A program made the translations under genes and the position numbers. DNA of 64,000 nucleotides from Octopus sinensis (Eukaryota): contig NC_042997.1 of the NCBI RefSeq assembly GCF_006345805.1, positions 152,520,001-152,584,000 on the forward strand, given 5' to 3'. The notes under the pieces were generated by a model. The model was given only the letters and a program-made list of their open reading frames with translations. It was not told the origin of the DNA and made no database searches. The number at the start of each line of letters is the position of its first letter. Positions within the stretch are counted from its first letter, which is position 1. Of this stretch, positions 11,168 to 25,920 are shown piece by piece.

Positions 11168-11491
11168 CAGCACCACATCACGCAGTGCTATAACAATACA
11201 AAATTTTATACCATAACTTAAGCATTTCTACACAGTAGTACATCAGGCAGTGCTACAACTACGGGAAGTTTTATAACGCACCTTCTACATACCAATACAA
11301 TACCACATCACACGAAGTTATAACAGTGCAAAACTTTATGCTACACCGGGCATAGCGACATCGTGCATAGCACAATGCAGAGCGACAGAAGTGCAAGATG
11401 TTATAACCACATTAAGCACAGTTTCACGTAGCACAGCAACATAAAAAAATAATAAACATTAACAATAAACTGAAAGATCATTTTTTAAAAA

Positions 11492-11762
11492 TTCTTTTAT
11501 TCTTCTACTTGTTTCAGTCATTTGACTGCAGCCATGCTGGAGCACCACCTTTAGTCGAAAAAATCGACCGCAGGACTTATTCTTTGTAAGCCTAGTACTT
11601 ATTCTATCGGATTTCTTTTGCCGAACCGCTATGTTACGGGGAAGTGAACACGCCAACATCGGTTGTCAAGTGATGGTGGTGGTAGAGGTGGGGAAACACA
11701 GACACACAATGGCATTCATACAATATTATACACACACACACACACACACACACACCACAACA

Positions 11763-11802
<40 letters not shown>

Positions 11803-11972
11803 TATATAAAATAATTGAGATTCAGTGAATTAGGTACTTAAGTTGAAGCACCAGATCAGTTTGGTATTATTCGTACAACTCAAAGTGAGTAAAATCAAAA
11901 TAAGCAACAGGATATCCTGTTGCTTATTTTGATTTTACACACACACCATACCACACACACACACCCATATAT

Positions 11973-12010
<38 letters not shown>

Positions 12011-12175
12011 CGACGGGTTTCTTTCAGTTTCCGTCTACCAAATCCACTCACAAGGCTTTGGTTGGCCTGAGGCTATAGGAGAAGACATTTGTCCAAGATG
12101 TCATGCAATGGGACTGAACCCGGAACTATGTGGTTGGGAAGCAAGGTTCTTACCATGCAGCCACTCCTGCGCCTA
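11492..12175 (-). mobile_element. tRNA-derived SINE with internal microsatellite
   Basis: Head AGGCGCAGGAGTGGCTG..TGGTAAG..GGTTCAGTCCC (A/B boxes) and tail GACTGAAACAAGTAAAAGAG. Other copies or fragments at about 14880-15045, 31120-31240, 32780-33015, 48635-48997, 54890-55000 and 61490-61643. Confidence 0.85.
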
Positions 12176-12441
12176 TCATTCAATACTTTTTAGTTAGGTA
12201 CACACATTTTACAAGGAAAAGGTCGGTAGTGACTTTGAAGTCAGCCATCTTTCTATATACATAACATATGTATACATATATGTATGTATATATATATATG
12301 TATACATATATGCGTGTGAATATATATATATATATATATGTATGTATATATGTATGTATGTGTGTATCTATATATATGTGTGCGTATATATATATATACA
12401 CACATAGATATGTGTGTGTATTATATGTATTCATGTATAGA

Positions 12442-12490
<49 letters not shown>

Positions 12491-12644
12491 TGTGGTGTGT
12501 GTGTGTGTGTGTGTGTGTGTATACATATACATACATATACATGATCAGACTATCATTCTCTTTTTGATGGATTGTCACGGCTAGAACGTCTTAAGATCGA
12601 AGTTTGGTTCATCAACGTCAACCTGGAGCTAAGCAGTAATAATG

Positions 12645-12830
12645 ATTTCAAATTTTGGCTGAGGGCTAGCAATTTCAGGGGAGGGGTAATAGCCAATTAC
12701 ATCGACCCAAGTGCTCAACTGGTACTTATTCTATCGTCCCGAAAGAATGAAAAGCAAAGTCGACCTTGGCGGAATTTGAACTCAGAGGACATCAATCCGG
12801 AAGAAATGCCGCTAAGCATTTTGCCTGACA
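12645..12830 (-). mobile_element. Nin/Deu-domain SINE
   Basis: Matches the family core. Further copies at about 29540-29700, 36845-37030, 37915-38120, 38138-38708 (interrupted) and 62895-63060. Confidence 0.75.
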
Positions 12831-13309
12831 TTTTGCCTTGAGCTAAGCAGTTATATAAGAACAATAGTACAACTAAACTATACAAGACGTCACTTCAAAT
12901 CACCGTGCATAACATAATGTGTCCAACTGAACATTACATAGGCATTAATGTCATATAAAACCATTTCGTGCTTGAACTACAAGGACACAACAGCAGAAAC
13001 ATGCACCTATACATGTAGATAATACTATAGCACATAAAATTTGATTAAACTAGACTTCGCCATATCTGCGCTATAACGAATCATCACGCACTGCACTTAC
13101 ACTATGTCATATCATACCCTTAACGCAGTACATCACAGCAAGCCACATCACGTTGTAACACACCCATCTTTCTATATACATACCATAAACTGATGTAATT
13201 GATGCTGTACGTGTACTGGGTATGTTTAGTACGTTTGTGTCTGTGTGTATTTTTGCGTGAGTAGAAATGGGTGTGTGAGTGCGTGTGCGTGCGCCCCCGT
13301 GTGTATGTA

Positions 13310-13437
13310 TGTGTGTGTGTGTTAGTTCATGTAGAGATATCTGCGTGTAAAATAGTGTTTGTATTTATGCAAGTGTGTATTAGTATGTTTAAAGATGTGA
13401 GTTTAATTAAATCATATGTTACATATATGTGTGTGAA

Positions 13438-13497
<60 letters not shown>

Positions 13498-13554
13498 ATG
13501 TGTGTGTGTGTGTGTGTGTTGTGTGTATGTGTGTATGTGTATATATATATGTAT

Positions 13555-13586
<32 letters not shown>

Positions 13587-13702
13587 CATAGATAGTGTGT
13601 ATGTGTGTATTATATGTATGTATGTACATATATATAGATATAGTATACATATATGTGTGTGTATATTATATATACACATACATATATATACGTGCATGTG
13701 TT

Positions 13703-13739
<37 letters not shown>

Positions 13740-13815
13740 AACATGTATATATGTGTACGTATATATAAAGTATATTGTATATATATACATACATATATAT
13801 ACACCACACACACAC

Positions 13816-13908
<93 letters not shown>

Positions 13909-14215
13909 ATATATATTATATTATATATATACATATAATATATATATAATATATATGTGTGTGTGTGTGTATTTGTGCTTAGAAAAAGCATGCATTCAAT
14001 ACATTCAAATTCACATACATACATGCAAACACCAACCCATACATGCATGCATATGTACACATATATGTATACACGTATGCATGCGTTATCTCCTGCTTTC
14101 TGACAGAGAGAGAGAAAGAGAGAGAGAGAGAGACAGAGAAACTAGATACACGCGAACATGCGTACATGTATGTGTGAGTATCTGTGAGGTTGACTGTGTA
14201 CGTCCACGGGCGTGA

Positions 14216-14254
<39 letters not shown>

Positions 14255-14300
14255 TATGGGTGTCTGTTTGCGTGTACGTATGTATGTCCGTGTCAATGTT
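13310..14300. repeat. Compound (TA)n/(TG)n/(GA)n microsatellite field
   Basis: Directly visible. Similar fields at about 24850-25250, 26550-26940, 32365-32785, 34375-34610, 42905-43245, 49655-49965 and 57010-57180. Confidence 0.95.
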
Positions 14301-14841
14301 GTGTATTTTAATGCATGTCTATTTCTAAGTATACAAGATCACATTTAGAATTCTAAGCATGTTTGTTCTTGTGATTTTTATTTATAAAATTTCCCAAACG
14401 AGAATAGTGGGGAGAGGATGAGACAGAAAGAGCGGTTTTAGCTCCATACGAAAGTTCTTCCTTTGGAATTTAAATATCAAGGAGGTTGTTATGTACGCAT
14501 GTCTCGGCACACATATTTTTTTTGTGTATATATATATATATAATAGTGTAATAAATAAAATATATGCATACATACAAACACATATGTACGTACCTACATC
14601 TACATGTATATATACATGGATATATAAATATATATACGTGTGTACAGGACACCACAAATAGACGTAGAACTCAACGAGAAACGAAATCGTAAAAACAGCA
14701 TGGAACGGACCATTTTTTTAACAACGAAAAAACAGAGTACAAGACAACTACTCAAGGTAAAATCCCCTTCATCAGCTGTCCCTAGTTCAACTCCAGCGTG
14801 TTTCGATATATATATATATATATATTATATAATATATATAT

Positions 14842-14883
<42 letters not shown>

Positions 14884-16129
14884 GCGCAGGAATGGCTGTG
14901 TGATAAGTAGCTTGCTTGCCAACAATATGGTTCTGGGTTCAGTCCCACTGCGTGATACCTTGGGCAAGTTTCTTCTATTATAGCCTCGGGTTGACCAGAC
15001 CCTTGTGAGTGGATTCGATAGACGGAAACTGAATGAAGCCTGTATATATATATATGATAAAGTAAAGTTGGCGGTTACTGCACGATTAAAAATATAAGGA
15101 AAACTATTTGAAAATGCCGAAGTCTTTTAAAAGTATTTATTAACTAATCTGGTTTCACTTATTTGAAAAGATTTTCAAAAGTATAGTGTGAAGCTTTGTG
15201 TATATTCTGTAGTGTCAAAAATTAGTTTACGTATATGTACATACACACATACCCATGTGCACGACATGTGCACGACATGTGCACGCACACGCCGCCTAGA
15301 TCAGAAGAAAACACACATATGCACACACACGTACACTTACACGCAAATACACACATATAAACTCCAAAATGCCAATCAAAACTACTGAACCATAACAGAA
15401 CCAGCTCACCAAACAAGCCCTTCTTAGCTCTACAACTATTGGAACCTTTTGATCATGTGATTGCCATCAACCAGCCACACTGATTTTAGAGGGAAATCAA
15501 TTCTAAGCCACGTTTTTCCAAAACACAGAACTATCTTTTGATCACGTGACTGTCATCAACCAACCACATTGGTTTTTAAAAAGAAGGCGATTTTGAGCCA
15601 CCATCTCTATATAAAACAGTGGTAAGTGTTAAATTCCATCCAGATGGGAGGCCCTACAACCAGATCCGAAAACTATATATGGTCTGTTATTTCTCTACTC
15701 ACCGTTTTTCACTTTAATCTGCTGCAAATAATTATGGTTTCTGATCACAGTGAGACCAAACACTTTAGCACCCACTGATTAACAAACCAGACACGTTCTA
15801 TCTTCTTGTCGAAAATTTCTATTACTTGATTTGGATATGTTTATGTAAACTAATTTTTTATCTTCTTATCAGTGTAAAATTTTTTATTACCTCATCTGAA
15901 TGTTTTTATATAAACTATCTTTTGACTGATCACAGAGGATACACAAAGCCCTAAACTTTTCCTCATCACAGTCAAAGACTCTATCACTTGAATACATTTA
16001 TGTAAACTAATTCTGCACACCACAGAGGATACACAATGCATCAAACTTTATTTTTGAAAATCTTTTTAAATAAGTGAAACCGGTTAAGTTAATAAATACT
16101 TTTGAAAGCTCCTGCATTTTCAGATTAGC

Positions 16130-18050
16130 CTTATCTGTTCCAGTTTCTTACAATAAATGCTGAAGGAGTGAGTTATATAATCCAGTTTCCTCAATAATTA
16201 CAGATTGTCGTATCTGTGAATTTCTTATTAGGTCGACATAGACGTTTGTTTCTTTGCGTCAACGTTTGAGGAGCAACTGATTGCTGCTTTTTTCACTCTT
16301 TCTCGGTTTCAGATAGTTATGGTTGCCCGTTTTGCTTAGATATTACAGAGGTTTTGACAGAAACATATTACCAGTGTTCTTTCGTATTATGGGCGAGTAT
16401 GCCCATGACATCACTGTAACATCTTATTTTATTATCATCATAAATCATTTCTTTACGGATTGTCTTGTTTAATAATTTGGTTACTACATCATGACTCATA
16501 GGTAAATTGTATTGCAATTACAGCTCAAGCTGTGGGTGCTTTTTTTTTTATTGCACAACTATTCCTTCTGTACATCAGGTATTTCTTGTTTCTGAATTGG
16601 AAAAGAAATAAATCTTATTCTTCAAAGTTAGAGAGCTAATATTACGGTTGTTATTTCGAGATGGCCTAGTCTTGTTATTTACACTTCATATGAAAATGTT
16701 CAACAACAAAGCCATGTATGATAACGAAAAATACCCCAAAATACCATCGTGTGATGGTCTGTTGCAATGGAATTCTGAAACTTCCTTCAATACGTACCAT
16801 TGATAATCAGAATGCTTCCTCAATATAACCTTTTCAAAACTCATCTTATCTGTATTATGCGTGCAAATTTGAACAATGGGTGCACTTCGACATCAGATGC
16901 CTAAATTTAGTCGATCAGATAGGGTGTGGCATTGAAAAGCAATGTGAATCAATCGTTGTTTTCTTTCCCCGCTTACTTTCAGGTAGAGGCTGTCATTATC
17001 ATTAATGTTATAGTAATTTCTAGTAGCGACTACTTGTGTTCTGGTTTTAAAATCAATGACAGGAATCCCATCTAGTATGCTATCAAGTAGCTTAAATGGT
17101 AGTATGAAAATTTATGATTCACCTTGTGATTCACCTTTGTTGTATGAAGAAACTTTAAGAGGCACATAATTTTCATCAGAGTGTAATGAGTTGTCGTTAT
17201 GCGTTTTCATTACAAGTTTACACCATAGGAAATATCTTCATCCACTCGTTTGCCCCTGTTGTAGAATTCCTTGTGGTGTACTGAAACAAAATAGTCAGGT
17301 CAAAGAAAGAGAGGCTGCATGAGTAAAGTTTCACCGCCTGCTTACAATCAAGTTGAAGCATCAATCAAGACAAACTTCATTCATATACCACTTGCAGGTT
17401 ATTGTAACTAAGTACAGATTTTTCTACAAAAAAATCGTATTTTTTTGCCATATACTTTCAGGTCATTCAACGTGTGAATTTGGAGTTTCTGTCTTCTTCC
17501 TATGAGCTAATTACATGCGTTAAGACTTCCTCAAGGAAAACGGATAATGAGGGTCACCGAAATTGTAAACAGCATCACATAAAGACACTGCTTTCTTGAA
17601 ATATAACCTTGTGATGTTTTATGCAACTGGAGCAGTACAATTCTTTCTTCTATTTAAGTTTAATGCAGTAGCCCAGGAGGAAGCTAAGTTATCTACGGTT
17701 TTTGGTTATAGTCATTTGAACGTTAACAAGTAGAAAAGCCTTGAATGCATTCTCATAATTCAACCAGACTGCAACAGAATTGCCTCAGACATCACGAAGT
17801 TGTTATTTTTTAAATTTAGAATGACTCAGTACATTCTTAAACTTGTTTCTTCAAGCTGTCATCTCCTTGACCTTGAGAAAATAGATTGAAACAGGTTGTA
17901 TATATTATATTCTTGCATACAATTCACTTGGAGATCTTTGCCATATGAATGGATTTGTCTGGCCTCAAACTTATTTCTGTCAATGCCAGCCAGTTTGGTA
18001 TAAAACATCTTTACTGAGGAATAAGTAATAAAGGTCGACGAGATACGAGC
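16130..18050 (-). pseudogene. Highly decayed R4/Dong-like (RLE-type) non-LTR reverse transcriptase ORF
   Basis: Collinear minus-strand remnants GPDK, IVCKNIIY (RPITCLNTIY), WLNYENAF (WLDYKKAFD), VIFQES (GIFQGDS), LNDLKVYGK (MDDLKLYAK), MKFVLD*C (MKFGLDKC) and LPMSHDVV (YLPMRHD). Confidence 0.7.
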
Positions 18051-18337
18051 AATGAAAGCGTTGTATATTTTTCTTTATTTTTGTTTCTTTCCTTATTTAT
18101 TTTGTAAAACTAGTCGGCAATCATGTTTCATTGACGTTAAATGCATTTGTTTTAATATAGGATCATTACTTTTTTCGGATTACTTCTAGCTACCATAAGC
18201 TGTGTCCTACCTAGTGACACTTTCTTCCAGAATTAATCCATTTCTTTCTGAGGCGATATCTCAATGCACATAAGTATGTATGCATGTAATATATACATAC
18301 ATTGATGTATGTGTATGTATGTATGTATGAATGTTTA

Positions 18338-18713
18338 TGGAAGCGCAATGGCCCAGTGGTTAGGGTAGCAGACTCAGGTCGTAGGATCGCGGTTTCGATT
18401 CCCAAACCGGGCGTTGTGAGTGTTTATTGAGCGAAAGCGCCAAAAATTCCACGAGGCTCGGCAGGGGATCGTGGTGAACCCTGCTGTACTCTTTCACCAC
18501 TGCTTTCTCTCACTCTTTCTTCCTGTTTCTGTTGTACCTGTATTTCAAAGGGCCAGCCTTGTTACACTCTGTATCACGCTGAATCTCCTCGAGAACCACG
18601 TTAAGGGTACACGTGTTTGCGGAGTGCTCAGTCACTTTCACGTTAATTTCACGAGCAGGCTGTTCCGTTGATCAGATCAACTGGAGCCCTCGTCGTAAAC
18701 GACGGAGTGCTAC
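18338..18713 (+). mobile_element. tRNA-derived SINE (third family)
   Basis: tRNA-like head TGGCCCAGTGGTTAGGG..GGTTTCGATTCCC. Its 3' part recurs on the minus strand at about 55505-55665. Confidence 0.8.
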
Positions 18714-19150
18714 GATGTATGTATGTACGTATGTATGTATGTATGTATGTATGTATGTATGTATGTATGTAGTATGTATGTATGTATGTATGTATGTATG
18801 TATGTATGTTTGTATGTGTGCACGTATGTATGGATGTATGTAAGTTTGCGTGTATTTCTGACGGTAGTGTATATCTTCTAATGCATATATTTACATATGT
18901 TGATCAGATCAACTGATCCGTTGATCAGATCAACTGGAGCCCTCGTCGTAAACGACGGAGTGCTACGATGTATGTACGTATGTATGTATGTATGTATGTA
19001 TGTATGTATGTATGTATGTATGTATGTATGTATGTATGTATGATGTATGTATGTATGTATGTTTGTATGTGTGCACGTATGTATGGATGTATGTAAGTTT
19101 GCGTGTATTTCTGACGGTAGTGTATATCTTCTAATGCATATATTTACATA
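18665..19150 (+). repeat. Local tandem duplication (about 235 bp x2) of SINE end, (TATG)n and flank
   Basis: 18665-18897 is repeated at 18918-19150. Confidence 0.85.
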
Positions 19151-20178
19151 TCTATACGTACATGCTCATATATACTTAAATGATAATCTTCTGGAAAGTT
19201 TTACAGATTTTACAGTACCAGCGATGGCTTGGATCTGTAGTCTTCGAATTAACTTTCTCCTTTCTGGTTTTGAGAAGCCTAATTTCTCAAGATTGGTATT
19301 TAGGCAGTGTGTTACACAACTCAGTGTCCCCATAATTACAGGTATAAACCTGAACTTGTAATCTGGATTGAGTCACTGCAGATTTCTCAATAGTTCAGCG
19401 AAAGTATTCTCTTTTCCACTGATCTTATATTAACATTATCCTAACATATGTATGTATGTATGAATGTATGAATGTATACGCGGAGTAGACGAAACGGAGG
19501 CGGCTGAAGAAGGGGAATTTTCCTTGTGTCGTATGTCTTGTACCCTGATTTTTCGTTGTTTAAAAAAAATGTCCGTTTCCACGGTTCCGTCTTTATGTTT
19601 TCGTTTCGCACTGTGTTCGACGATTTTTTGGTGTCCTCTACCTATATATGCATGTATATATACATGTAGATGTAGGTACGTACATATATGTATGTATATA
19701 TGCATATGTTTTATTTATTATTTTGTTATGTATGTATGTATGTATGTATGTATGTATGTATGTACGCATGTACGTATGTAGGTACGCACACACGTAGTAC
19801 ATACGTACACACGCACGTAGTAGTACGTTTGTACGTAAGTACCCATGTACGTATGATTGTATGTAGGTACATATGTATGTATGTATATATATGTATGAAT
19901 TCATGCATATGTATATGTAGATGTAACTAAGTGCTTGAAAAATGTGTGAATATGGGTGTATGTGATAGTAATGATGCAGAGACAAAACACACTCATACAT
20001 GTGTTTATAAGTTTGTGCATATATACATATCTGCGTGTTTATACACACGTATAAAGAGGTAGTGGCATGCGAGTGTAAAAGTGCGAATGAAACTGAACAT
20101 CTGTTTTAGATATAATAGACAGTACGCGCAAGTTTGAATAGGTGTTTGCTACTGTCTGTCTATCTGTCTGTCTGTCTG

Positions 20179-20253
<75 letters not shown>

Positions 20254-20629
20254 ATGTGTTTGTGTGCGCGTGAGACAGAGAGAGAGAGAGTGTGTGTGTG
20301 GTGGTGTATGTATACATTAGTGCGTAAACAAACAGGCATTATCCATTATCCTATGTATTTTTTTTTACATTACACGCACATACACATATGTATATATATA
20401 TGTGTGTGTGTGTGAGTGCATATACATATGTATATATTTATATACACACATATATATATATGTGCATATACACTTGTACATATGTATATACACATATATA
20501 TGCATGTATTTAGCTTTATAAATAAATATATATATATATAATTTACATGCACACACACATATATCCATATATATATGTACACACACACACACATATATAT
20601 CTATATCTATTATCTATCTCTATCTATCT

Positions 20630-20670
<41 letters not shown>

Positions 20671-21957
20671 ATATATATATATATATGTAAGGGTGTGTGT
20701 TTCGACGCAGGAAAAATTTGTTGTTGAAAATGCACCTAAGTTTGGAAAACTTGTACTTGTTTAAAATGCATTTATTTAATTATATACCAAACTAGTTTCA
20801 ACAATACATTTTGTTTATCAATAGTAAAAGTATAAAATTATGAACTAGAAAAACATCTTTGAAAGTTTCAATGAGTGACATATTTAAATGTTCATAACTG
20901 ACAAATTTAGAATTATGAATTAGGAGGACAGGTGCAGGAATTTCAATATTGATAAGTTTAAATGTTCATAGCAGTCAATAATATTAAAACTGTGCATTAA
21001 TTTAATTTGAATGTACAAAGCTCATTAATGTTAGTAGTGATCGACAAGAAATGAATATCATCAAAGTTTCAGTCATACTGATTTAAGAGGGAAAAAACAA
21101 GGGAGAAATGAAGATAGCTAAAAAAGGGAATTTGGTTTACAGTTTCTCTGATCCTCTTTCCGTGGGAGCTTTCGCTTGGAGCGGTATGTTTTGGAATCAG
21201 GTGTATTTATATTTTTTCCGGGAACGAATCTGATTTTTGACTCATTAAAGTACTTGTGACATCTAGTTTTTCCGGCGGTCAAGTTTGTCGTTCTGCCTGG
21301 TTAGCTTCCTTGTGGAAAACGGTCATCAGTCGTTCCGGTTGGTTGATTCTCTTAAAGGGTCATTTCGTTGTATTTACTGAAGTTCGGTTTTGATTTGGTT
21401 TAGAGTTAGGTGACATCGGCCACTGGTGTTTATAAAATTTCATTGGTCTAGAGAAAGATGACGTCGGCAACTGGTGTTTGTATGGTGATTTGGAGTTGCG
21501 GTTTATTTTTATTTTTATGTTTTTTGATTTATTATTAGTATTGCTTAATATGTTTTCCTAAAACTGCTGTTTCTTTTCAGATATCATCAGAAAAATGTAA
21601 TTAAAATTCATTAAAATGACAGAACTATCGAACATTCAAAGAGGTCAAATTGTTGGTGTTCGTATGGCAGGCGCTAGCGTAACGAAAACAGCCGAAATGT
21701 TTGGTGTATCATCAAGTACTGTCTCGAAAGTTATGACAGCCTTTGATAAAGAGGGAAACATCGCCTCGTCAAAACAAAACTCCTGAAGAAAACTAAAACT
21801 TTCAGAAAGGGACTGTCGGATTCTTATGTGAATTGTTAGAAAGGATCACAAAATTACAGCTCCCAAAATTACTGCAGGGCTTAATGCCCACCTCGAGAAT
21901 TCAGTTTCCACAAAACCTGTTCACCGGGAGCTGCACAAAGCTGGATTTCACGGGTGG

Positions 21958-22057
21958 NNNNNNNNNNNNNNNNNNNNNNNNNNNNNNNNNNNNNNNNNNN
22001 NNNNNNNNNNNNNNNNNNNNNNNNNNNNNNNNNNNNNNNNNNNNNNNNNNNNNNNNN
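21958..22057. other. Assembly gap (100 N)
   Basis: Run of N. About 1.27 kb to the left of the gap is repeated to its right. Confidence 0.99.
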
Positions 22058-22949
22058 TATATATATATATATGTAAGGGTGTGTGTTTCGACGCAGGAAA
22101 AATTGTTGTTGAAAAATGCACCAAGTTTGGAAAACTTGTACTTGTTTAAAATGCATTTATTTAATTATATACCAAACTAGTTTCAACAATACATTTGTTT
22201 ATCAATAGATAAAAGTATAAAATTATGAACTAGAAAACATCTTTGAAAGTTTCAATGAGTGACATATTTAAGGTTAATAACTGACAAATTTAGAATTATG
22301 AATTAGGAGGACAGGTGCAGGAATTTCAATATTGATAAGTTTAAATGTTCATAGCAGTCAATAATATTAAAACTGTGCATTAATTTAATTTGAATGTACA
22401 AGCTCATAATGTTAGTAGTGATCGACAAAGAAAGAATATCATCAAAGTTTTCAGTCATACTGATTTAAGAGGGAAAAAACAAGGGAGAAATGAAGATAGC
22501 TAAAAAAGGGAATTTGTTTACAGTTTCTCGATCCTCTTTCCGTGGGAGTTCGCTTGGAGCGGTATGTTTGGAATCAGTGTATTATATTTTTTCCGGGAAC
22601 GAATCTGATTTTTGACTCATTAAAGTACTTGTGACATCTAGTTTTTCCGGCGGTCAAGTTTGTCGTTCTGCCTGGTTAGCTTCCTTGTGGAAAACGGTCA
22701 TCAGTCGTTCCGGTTGGTTGATTCTCTTAAAGGGTCATTTCGTTGTATTTACTGAAGTTCGGTTTTGATTTGGTTTAGAGTTAGGTGACATCGGCCACTG
22801 GTGTTTATAAAATTTCATTGGTCTAGAGAAAGATGACGTCGGCAACTGGTGTTTGTATGGTGATTTGGAGTTGCGGTTTATTTTTATTTTTATGTTTTTT
22901 TGATTTATTATTAGTATTGCTTAATATGTTTTCCTAAAACTGCTGTTTC

Positions 22950-24080
22950 TTTTCAGATATCATCAGAAAATGTAATTAAAATCATTAAAATGATGACAGA
23001 AACTATCGAACTTTCAAAGAGGTCAATTGTTGGTGTTCGTATGGCAGGCGCTAGCGTAACGAAAACAGCCGAAATGTTTGGTGTATCATCAAGTACTGTC
23101 TCGAAAGTTATGACAGCCTTTGATTAAGAGGGGAAACATCGCCTCGTCAAAACAAAACTCCTGAAGAAAACCAAAACTTTCAGAAAGGGACTGTCGGATT
23201 CTTATGTGAATTGTTAGAAAGGATCACAAAATTACAGCTCCCAAAATTACTGCAGGGCTTAATGCCCACCTCGAGAATTCAGTTTCCACAAAACCTGTTC
23301 ACCGGGAGCTGCACAAAGCTGGATTTCACGGGTGGGCTGCAATTAGAAAACCACTACTTCCAAAAACAAACGTTGCAAAGCGTTCAGAGTGGAGTAAAAA
23401 CCTACAGAATTGGTTCTGAGAGCAGTGGAAGAATGTTATTTTGTCGGACGTGTCATCCTTTACCTTATTTCCGACAACCGGCCGAATATACGCGTGGAGA
23501 CAGCCAAAAGAAGCATCTGATCCAGACTGCCTACTTCCTACTGTTAAACACGGAGGAGGATCTGTGATGATCCGATGGGGGCTATATCTTGGAAATCCTG
23601 TGGATCAATGGTTTCCCTTCATGGCAGAGTTAATAGTCAATACTTTTGAAGCATTTGATCTGATGAAATTCATCCTATGGTTGCTGAACTGTTTCCGGAA
23701 GGAAATGCAATCATTCATGATGTTAATGCACCAATTCACACAGCTAAAGTTGTTATTGAATGGCACGAGGAACATTCTAGTGAAGTTGAATATTTTACCT
23801 GGCCACCAGAGTCCCCAGATCTCAATATTATTGAACATTTATGGTACATTTTAGAAAAACAAATAAGGAGTCGATATCCCCCACCATCATCACTACAAGA
23901 ACTGGAGACTGTTTTAGTTGAAGAATGGACAAAAGTTCCTTTGGAAACAATTCAAACTTTGTACGAGTCCATAGCTTGTCGAATTCAAGCTGTAATTACT
24001 GCCAAAGGCAGTCCTACCCCATGTTAACATAAATTTGTCTGAAATTTTAAGGCGTTTCAATTATTTTGTCCAACCCCTGT
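22950..24080 (+). mobile_element. Tc1-family transposon (DD34E-type), defective
   Basis: MTELSNFQRGQIVGVRMAGASVTKTAEMFGVS HTH region, then SDVSSF, HDVNAPIH and WPPESPDLNIIEHLW. Right TIR ..ATTTTGTCCAACCCCTG. Contains stops and frameshifts; the 5' part is duplicated at about 21580-21957. Confidence 0.9.
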
Positions 24081-24131
24081 TATATATATATATATATGTA
24101 TATATATATGTATGTATATATGTATGTATGC

Positions 24132-24162
<31 letters not shown>

Positions 24163-24460
24163 TGTATGTATGTATGTATGTATGTATGTATGTATGTATA
24201 TGTATGTATGTCTGTATGTATCTGTGAATGATAGCGGGTTTGGTAAATGGAAGACTTCTACATGGTAAAAAAGGATGTAAGAATGTTTTTTCTAGATTTT
24301 CTGCCTATTCTTATCACAGGTTACAACGGCAGGAACATGTTGAAAACCAAAAGTCATATTGTTTAGAACAATTCCACTCTGAATTCGATATTTATACGTT
24401 ACTGCAGCTTGTTTCAATCATTCATCGTTTATCACGTGTTTCACTCAACACACACACACA

Positions 24461-24500
<40 letters not shown>

Positions 24501-24723
24501 ACACAAACACAAACACACGCACACACACTTACACAAACACATACATACACACACACATACACTCACACATGATGCAGTATATGCGCCCACAAATTGATTC
24601 CCAGCTGTTTTATATATGTGTGAGTATTTGTGTGAGTGTGTGAGTGAGTGTGTGTGAGTGAGTGTGTGTATGTGTGTGTGTGCGTGTGTGTGCATCTCTC
24701 TCTCTCCCTCCCTCTCTCTCTCT

Positions 24724-24774
<51 letters not shown>

Positions 24775-25920
24775 CTCCGATATCTTTGGAGTCTAAGTCT
24801 GAACCTTTGAGCACTACTAAGTGTCTTCTACTTAAGAACCTCTGAATCTCATCTATCGGCTATTATATAGATATATATATCTATATATATAATATATATA
24901 TAAAATATAATATATATATATATGAGATATATGTATATATACATGTAAGTAATATATATATATATGCATATAATATATAGCATATATTATACATTATATA
25001 TATGTATATATATACATGTATATATTTGTATATATAATATTATATGAATATATATAATTATGTATATACATATTTTATATATATAGACATGTATATATAT
25101 ATATTTATTTATATATATATATACATTATATATATATGTATATATATATACATGTCTACGTATAATATATGTATATATATATGTATATATATGCATATAT
25201 ATATGTATATATATATTGTGTGTGTGTGTGTTGTGTGTGTGTGTGGTCGGTGTTCGTGTGTTCGTGTGTGTATGTATAACTATATATTGACAAATTACAA
25301 AAATACAAAAGACGAAGACGGGTTTCTAAACAAAAAACAGATGTATTAGTTTAACGCTCGGGAAGAGAGAAAATCATTTACGTTTCGAGCCTACGCTCTT
25401 CAACAGAAAGGAACACAGAAATAGAGAAAGTTAACAAAACTGGATTTAGCGGCGAGCGATCTATCATAGCGAATGCCGGAGAGAGGTGTGAGGCAGGAGA
25501 GCTAGGAAGAAGGGGAGATAATAAAGTAGTGGTGATCCGAAAATGAAGGTGCGTGTGCGTGGGTATGTGAGAGCGTGTATGTGGTGTGAACGGGGGATGG
25601 TGACCTTGACATGTGCGTGTGTGCATGTGTAGGTGTGTGGATGATGGTGTGGGAGCTAGGAAGTGGTCACTGTTAGTGTGTGAAGGGTGGTGTGGTGTGG
25701 TGTATATAAATATATACATGAATATAATATATATAATATATATATATATATATAATATTAATTAGAGACAAAACCACTATTATGCAAATCAACAAAGAAA
25801 GACTTAATCCAATACATAAAAAATTTTATATAAATTAATATAATTAAGATATCCACTACGATCGTTTCTTGTCACTTATCTATGGACATTCATCGACCTT
25901 CTATGCCTAGAAGGTCTTGA

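Noticed and set aside
12180-14296. Long Y/I/H/T/C/V-rich ORFs here and throughout the window
   Set aside because: They are translations of (TA)n, (CA)n and (TATG)n microsatellites, not genes.
18338-18412. tRNA gene-like A/B boxes (also at 38218 and other SINE heads)
   Set aside because: They continue into SINE bodies and lack a complete cloverleaf or terminator.
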